Shown here in pieces: positions 58,227 to 64,000 of a stretch of 64,000 nucleotides of DNA. The stretch lies in NCBI GenBank assembly GCA_036012755.1, contig DASCPX010000137.1:1-64000 (forward strand). Direction: 5' to 3'. The notes beneath the pieces are model-generated. The model was given only the letters and a program-made list of their open reading frames with translations, had not been told where the DNA came from and did no database searches. Position 1 is the stretch's first letter; each line of letters opens with the position of its first letter. The stretch comes from Myxococcota bacterium. GTDB taxonomy: Bacteria > Myxococcota_A > UBA796 > CAJQPC01. Made by a program: the position numbers and the translations under genes.

Positions 58227-59356
58227 CTACAGGCAGTCGCCGTCGAGGTACTCGAAGCTGACGGTGCCGGCCATGTCCTCGCAGCCGTGGATGAGCCCGA
58301 CGTCGTTGTCGCTCGCCTCAAGGTCCTCGACGACGAGGTGGGCGTCGTAGGTTAGCACGATGGCCGTCCCGAACTCCAAGCCGTCGGGGGAGCGGCTGCC
58401 CGTCACGGAGCCGCCGGAGATCGCCATCTCCCCGCCCTCGCGCGCGGCGAGCTCGTAGGTCGCGCCGAATGACGCCGTGTTGTCTTCGGCGTCGACGTCC
58501 TCGAGCCGCACGACGCCCTCCCCGTCGGTGACGTACAGCCAGATGGCGCCGCCAGAGCTGGCCTCGTTGCCGACGAAGCTCGAGCGCACCAGCTCGACGG
58601 TGAAGTCTCGAGCGAGGTCGAAGAGCGCGAGCCCACCCCCGGTGCCGCCCTGGTTGCCCTCGAAGCGGCTGTCTTCGATGAGCACGCGCTCTGCGTCCTC
58701 GACGCGCAGGCCTCCGCCCTGGGTGGACCCCTCCCCGCTGTCGAGGAAGGCCGAGCTGCGCACGGTCACCTCTCCGGGGGTCTCGATGGACAGCCCGCTG
58801 GCGTCGCCCTGCTGGCCCGGGCCCGGCCGGAAGGTGCAGCCCTCCACCAGCACGACGGCGTCGCCGTGGGTGGCCGCGATCGTGGCCCCCTGGTCGCTCT
58901 CCACGACGAGGTTGCGCAGGGTCACACCGTCCTCGCCCCGCTGGGCATCGAGGGGGGACTCGCCCGCCTCCGCGCCGAGCGTGACGTCCGGCAGGCCGGT
59001 CACCGTCTCGATCACCAGGTCGCCGTCGTGGCGCGTCCCGAAGGAGATGGGCTCCGAGTAGCTGCCCGTGCAGATGCGCAGTCGCCCCCCAGCAGCACGG
59101 CCTCGGCGGCCTCTGTGAGCGAGTCGTACTGGACGTCGCCGACCCAGGCCACGCCGCCGGGGAGGTCCTCGTCCCCCGAGCAGTCGTCATCGATCCCGTT
59201 GCAGCCGATCTCCGCCTGGCCCGGGTTGACCCCTGCGTCCTCGTCGTCGCAGTCGCAGGGTTGTTCTGCCTCCTCGCAGGGGGCGTAGCCGTCGCCGTCG
59301 GCGTCGGTGATCGGGTCCTCGCCGAGGGGTCCGCCAGAGCACCCGAGCAGGATCAT
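58227..59356 (-). pseudogene. MopE-like/beta-helix lipoprotein gene frameshifted at or near a G6 run
   Basis: The MILLGC..AVLLGG frame ends at 59012, while the alternative frame LRICTGSYSEPISF..DLVIETVTG runs into 58227..59015. G6 at 59085-59090. Confidence 0.72.
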
Positions 59357-59411
59357 GAACACTGGAGCTCTCCTTTGGCGGGCCACATCGTAGCGAAGCC
59401 AGGAGATCGGC

Positions 59412-60020
59412 TCAGAGGAAGCGCTCGATCTCGCGGCGGAACTCGACCTGGTCCACCAGGTTCGTCAGGTAGTCGAGGCGTCCACCCTCCCAGACGAGCA
59501 CCGGCGAGGCCGTGTAGCCGGCGATCCACTCCTCGTAGAGGTCGTTGAGGCGGCGGATGTAGCGGGTCGGGATCTTCTGCTCGCTGGGGCGCCCCCGCTT
59601 CTTGATGCGCTTCTTGATGCCGCGAACGTCGCACTGCAGGTAGATCAAGAGGTCCGGGGGTTGCAGCGCCGCCCGCATGGAGTCGTAGAGCTCCATGTAG
59701 GTGCCGTAGTCGCGCTTGTTGATGAAGCGGCCGCGGTGGAGGTTGGTCGCGAAGATCTCTGCGTCCTCGTAGATCGTGCGGTCCATCACGAAGGCGCCGC
59801 CCTTGTCCGAGAGCTCCAGGTGCAGGCGGAACTTGTGGGTCAGGAAGTAGAGCTGGCTGTGGAAGGCCCAGGACTTCATGTCGGCGTAGAAGTCGTCGAG
59901 GTATGGGTTCGTGGCGAAGGGCTCGTAGACCGGATCGAACTCGTACCTGGAGCAGAGGAACTGGGTCAGCGAGGTCTTTCCGGCGCCGATGTTGCCGGCG
60001 ATCGCCAGGAACTTCTTCAT
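59412..60020 (-). CDS. Deoxynucleoside kinase
   Basis: IAGNIGAGKTS, YEP..NPYL..FY, DRTIYED, PDLLIYL, RGRPSE. Confidence 0.95.
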   Translation of the reverse strand: MKKFLAIAGNIGAGKTSLTQFLCSRYEFDPVYEPFATNPYLDDFYADMKSWAFHSQLYFLTHKFRLHLELSDKGGAFVMDRTIYEDAEIFATNLHRGRFINKRDYGTYMELYDSMRAALQPPDLLIYLQCDVRGIKKRIKKRGRPSEQKIPTRYIRRLNDLYEEWIAGYTASPVLVWEGGRLDYLTNLVDQVEFRREIERFL

Positions 60021-62500
60021 TCCAGGGAGCGCTGCCCGAGGTTCCCGTAGCTGTCGGTGAGCGTCACGGTCGTGGCGCCGCCGGGCACATCTGCCGGGAT
60101 CCAGGCCTTGCCGCCGCTGACCGTGTCGACCTCGACCGTGCTGCTGTCGCCTGTGTCGAAGCTGACCTCGACCTCTCCGCCGAGCGGGTTCGCGCCGGTG
60201 CTCGTGCCATCGATGTCCACCAGGCGCCAGCCCTCCGCGGGGCCATCGATCCAGGCCCAGAAGCCGCCGTCCGCCTCCTCGATCTGGATCTCGGCCACGG
60301 TGACCTCGAAGACGTCGCTGGTCATCTCGTAGGGGCCCGAGCTCCACGGCCAGCGCTCCTCCATGCCGGTCCAGACCTCGCCCTCGACGGCCAGCCGATA
60401 GTCCCCGGCTTCGAGGCCCATGCGGTCATGGTAGTGGCCGACAGCCTGCCAGGCGGCCCACCACATGTGGTCCTGGTCGACGTCCACCGGGTAGAGCGGG
60501 TCCGGGGTCCAGGCCAGGAGGATGTCGTGGCCGGACTCGTCGATGAGGCGGCCCGACAGGGAGGTCACGTCGACCCAGTCGCTGCCTTCCAGTCGCTGGA
60601 GCCGCACGCTGGGAAGGTCCACCGCGGGGTCGCCGCCCTGCCAGGCGAGCTGGACGACGCAGCTCACGCGCGGGCAGCGCTCTGGCACGTCGAGGTCGAG
60701 CTCGAAGCCCGGAGGCAGCCAGAAGTCCTCTGGCACCTCGGTGAGCAGGGTGCCGGCCGAGGGGGTCGTGTCAGGAGTGAACTCGGCGAGCGCCTTGTCC
60801 TCGTACTCGGTGGGCGCCCACCAGCCGAGGGGGTCCGGATCCTCGCGCTCTGGAGTCAGGAGCACGTCCTCGGCCAGCTGCAGCGCCCCCTCCATCACGT
60901 GCTCGCCCTGGAGCGGGCCCCAGAGGTTGATGTTGGGCTCGTAGCCGCCGACGAGCCAGTCCTCTGGGATGAGGAAGTAGCCCTCGTGGTCCTGGGCGTA
61001 GCCGATGAGGCCGGGGATCTCGATTCCGAGCTCGTCGACGGCGCGTCTCCGCCACTGCTCGGTGAACATGCTGGCGGGCTCGGCGGGGAAGGTGCCGATG
61101 AGCAGCGTCGTGTCGCTGACGGCGCCGCTGGTCCCCCGCACGGGCATGCCGTCGATGGCGATGCCGGTCGTGCCGGCCTTCATGGACTCGACCATCGGGA
61201 GCTCGAACTCCTCGACGATCATGCCGAAGGTGCCGCTGATCAAGCCGGACAGGAGCCCGATGTCCATGCAGGAGGTGTAGGGGTAGACGTCCGCTTGGGT
61301 CTCGACCTTGAGCAGCGGGTCCTCCGAGCCGCAGAAGGCCGCGCCGAACTCGAAGACCGCGAACTCGTCGAAGGGGGAGCTGAGGCTGCCGTCGTCTGCG
61401 TAGATCTCGTCGTCGGCCTGGTAGCCCTCCTCGAAGGGCGGGTAGTACCAGTCGACCGTGCCGTCCCGGGTGACGCGGATGTCGTCCCGGTGGCTGGGGA
61501 TGTGGCGGGAGGCGACCTCCAGGTCGATGTCGTCGCTGGTGGTCGGCGTCTCCTCCCAGCCGTCCATCAGCGCATCGACCGCGTAGACGCCGATGGTCTC
61601 GGTCCTGGCGAGGTCGTCGTCCGAGCCGGCAGGGCTGGCATCTCCGCCCGCGCCCTGGAGATGCATGACGACCACGTCCGGGTCGTCGAACTGCTCCTCC
61701 AGCGCCACCTCGACGCCGCCGGTGGAGTCGTGCGACCACATCGAGCTGTCGCCGCCGAGGATGGTGCCGTGCATGCCGAAGACCACCGCCATGGCCAGCG
61801 GGTCCCCCGCGGCGTTGTCGACCCGCAGGATGAGCGCGTGCTGGTCCTTGCTGCGGCCGATCTCCTGGTCCTCCCACACCTGGAGCGTGTCGTTCTCTTC
61901 GCGCCGGTCCCGATAGACCCGGTCGTCGGGGTCCCACTCGTAGAGCCAGTTGGCCCCGATGGCCGCTGGCTCCTTGCGATCGTGAGCCAACAGCGCCGCC
62001 TCGGTCATGCCGGCGGCGTAGCGCTCGAAGACCTCGCGGTTGTACATGTCTCCGCCCAGGTAGAAGTGGACCTGGTCGGAGAAGTTCGCCGGCATCGCGT
62101 GGGAGTGGGAGGCCGCGAGCACGACCTTGCCGGAGAGATTCCGCCCGAGCTCTTCGGAGAGCCTCCGCTCGATCTCGCTCACGAGCCCGTCGTAGCTGTA
62201 GATGGCGTCGAACTTGAGCAGGACGAGAACGTCGTCGCCGTTGTCGAGCCAGATGGCCTTGACCTTGGGTCGCGTGTGGAGCCCGGCGGACTGGGCGAAG
62301 GCGACCGTGTAGGGCGACAGGCGCTTGTCGGGCTTGGACTCGTGGCCGAGGATCTTGCAGCGGCTCGAGTAGCCACCCATCGGGGCGCCCATCGGGGCGT
62401 CGAGCACCACCTCGGCGGCTCCTGCCTCCGGCGGTCCGGGCACCTTGTCGGGATGGTTGTACGTGGGCTTGCCACACGCGAGCGACAGGGCGAGCAGCAT
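60017..62500 (-). CDS. Neutral/alkaline ceramidase-like lipoprotein
   Basis: PMGGY, ASHSHA, FGMHGT, QGAGGD.SP, PAEP, GYAQDHEGY, GGYE. Confidence 0.85.
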   Translation of the reverse strand: MLLALSLACGKPTYNHPDKVPGPPEAGAAEVVLDAPMGAPMGGYSSRCKILGHESKPDKRLSPYTVAFAQSAGLHTRPKVKAIWLDNGDDVLVLLKFDAIYSYDGLVSEIERRLSEELGRNLSGKVVLAASHSHAMPANFSDQVHFYLGGDMYNREVFERYAAGMTEAALLAHDRKEPAAIGANWLYEWDPDDRVYRDRREENDTLQVWEDQEIGRSKDQHALILRVDNAAGDPLAMAVVFGMHGTILGGDSSMWSHDSTGGVEVALEEQFDDPDVVVMHLQGAGGDASPAGSDDDLARTETIGVYAVDALMDGWEETPTTSDDIDLEVASRHIPSHRDDIRVTRDGTVDWYYPPFEEGYQADDEIYADDGSLSSPFDEFAVFEFGAAFCGSEDPLLKVETQADVYPYTSCMDIGLLSGLISGTFGMIVEEFELPMVESMKAGTTGIAIDGMPVRGTSGAVSDTTLLIGTFPAEPASMFTEQWRRRAVDELGIEIPGLIGYAQDHEGYFLIPEDWLVGGYEPNINLWGPLQGEHVMEGALQLAEDVLLTPEREDPDPLGWWAPTEYEDKALAEFTPDTTPSAGTLLTEVPEDFWLPPGFELDLDVPERCPRVSCVVQLAWQGGDPAVDLPSVRLQRLEGSDWVDVTSLSGRLIDESGHDILLAWTPDPLYPVDVDQDHMWWAAWQAVGHYHDRMGLEAGDYRLAVEGEVWTGMEERWPWSSGPYEMTSDVFEVTVAEIQIEEADGGFWAWIDGPAEGWRLVDIDGTSTGANPLGGEVEVSFDTGDSSTVEVDTVSGGKAWIPADVPGGATTVTLTDSYGNLGQRSLE

Positions 62501-62645
62501 GGGACCTCCGGGCCGTGGAAGATAACGGCTCTCGGCGCTACCTCGTCGGTGGCAATGATGATGGGAGGAGCAGCACCATGCGAACTGCCCTCAACGCTGC
62601 CCTCCTGCGCTCGAAGCCCGGCAACGCGCGGGAGCGGGTGATCCG

Positions 62646-63206
62646 TTGAGCGGAAGGCACACCACCGGCGTCGACTCTCGCTGCAGCGGCTGTGGCCTCG
62701 TCCCGCGTCTTTGCCTGTGCGCGGAGGTGCGGTCGGTCCACAACGAACTGCCGGTCATCGTCGTCCGCCACGTCCGTGAGCGCACCCGCGGCTCGAACAC
62801 CGGGCGGCTGGTGCTGCTCACCCTGGAAAACGCCGAGCTCGTCGAGATCGGCGCTCCAGACGCTCCCCCGGTGGACCCCACCCGCTTCGAGGGCATGGGG
62901 GTCCTGTGGCCCGACGGCCCGGCCTCTGTCGAGGACGTCTCGGGGCTGGTGGTCGTCGATGCCACCTGGCGCCAAGCCTACAAGATGCGCTTGCGCGTCC
63001 CCGGCCTTGCCGCCTTGCCGCGGGTAGGGCTCGTCGGTGGAGAGCGCCCCCGCATGCGCAGGCAGAACGCTCCCGGACGCATGGCCACCGCAGAGGCCGT
63101 CGCCATGGCCCTGGGCTGCGAGGAGCTCGAGCGGGTCTTCGCCATGCACGTCGAGCGCATGGCGCGCTCCCGGGGGAAGGGCGGTCGCGGGGCGACCGAG
63201 CGCTGA
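62646..63206 (+). CDS. DTW-domain protein (tRNA-uridine aminocarboxypropyltransferase-like)
   Basis: CSGC..CLC, SNTGRL, VVDATW, TAEA. Confidence 0.88.
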   Translation: MSGRHTTGVDSRCSGCGLVPRLCLCAEVRSVHNELPVIVVRHVRERTRGSNTGRLVLLTLENAELVEIGAPDAPPVDPTRFEGMGVLWPDGPASVEDVSGLVVVDATWRQAYKMRLRVPGLAALPRVGLVGGERPRMRRQNAPGRMATAEAVAMALGCEELERVFAMHVERMARSRGKGGRGATER

Positions 63207-63358
63207 CTCTCGCGTCGCGGGCTGTCGTGCCTGTGGCACTCTCTGGGCAGGAGGCGGGATGCTCCAGTCGCCGTGCAGAACCCTCCGCTGAAGAGGGACT
63301 GAGCCGCAGCGACGCGAGCCCGCTGCGTTCGTGCCTTGGCGGTAGTCTGGGGACGGAG

Positions 63359-64000
63359 GTCCCCGTCCTCGCTCTCTTCGCCCTCGCCTTTGCCGAGCCC
63401 GCTCCCAGCGTGGAGCGAGGGCTCTACGACGAGCCGTTTCCCGTCGAAGCCGAGGGCGACCTGCTCTACAGCACGGACGGCTCGACGCCGAGCCTGACCT
63501 GGCCGGGCTCGCTGGAGGTCGAGGGCACAACCACCCTGAGGCTCCAGGATCCAGCCGAGGACCTCGTCGTCACCCACACCTACCTCTTCATCGAGGACAT
63601 CCTCCCCACCCTGGACGCCGGCGTCGTCGACGACGCGGAGTACGGCCCGGCCATCGAGCGCACCCTCCGCGAGCTGCCGACCATCGTCCTGACCCACTCC
63701 TCGGCCCTGTCGCTGACCGAGCAGGAGGCGGCGTTCGAGTGGATCGACGGCGTCGAGGACACCCAGATCGACTGCGGCCTGCGCATCGTCGGTGGCCACT
63801 CGATCTACTACGAGAAGAACAGCTTCCGGCTGAACTTCCGCTCCGAGTACGGCAGCTCCAGGCTGCGCCTCGACCTGTACCAGGACTTCGCCACCGGCGT
63901 GCCCCCTGCGGACGACTTCGACGCGCTCACCCTGCGCTCCGGCAGCCACGACTCGGTCTTCTACCTCGGCGCCAGGGGCCAGTACCTGCGCAACCGCTGG
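63359..64000 (+). CDS. CotH-kinase-family protein with N-terminal Fn3-like segment (partial; start uncertain)
   Basis: Frame reads LALFALAFAEP..YSTDGSTP..THTYLF..CGLRIVGGHS..KNSFRLNFRSEYG..FDALTLRSGSHD and runs off the window. Confidence 0.82.

Overview
High-GC bacterial DNA, probably Myxococcota-like (inferred from many acidic D-C-D-G/FG-GAP exported proteins and an AgmX/GltJ-like gene). The flanks (1-12.9 kb, 41.4-64 kb) carry housekeeping and envelope genes: gyrA, a CapA-family protein, thermonuclease, PhoD, PAP2, deoxynucleoside kinase, a ceramidase-like protein, a DTW protein, CotH and many lipoproteins with unusually short signal peptides. Between them lies a ~28.5 kb island (12867-41423) of apparently cytoplasmic conflict/defence-type genes with no integrase visible. 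Its right end is a plus-strand triad: ECF-sigma-like, putative anti-sigma, and a Lon-type Ser-Lys protease with TPR-like repeats. Diverging from it are 20 co-directional minus-strand genes: a DUF3800-like nuclease-TPR, a second sigma-like gene and partner, an HxxKH toxin candidate, an HExxH peptidase, a VMAP-MoxR-vWA ternary system, a MoxR/DUF2201 pair, two DUF2791-like ATPases with an Lhr-like helicase, and a Rad50-like ATPase with a small partner. A shared TCCGGAT-N14-C(T/C)CC motif precedes three transcription units, suggesting a protease-gated sigma cascade controlling the island; this is the main candidate novel system. All family calls come from motif recognition by eye, with no database search. 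No rRNA, tRNA or CRISPR array was recognised.
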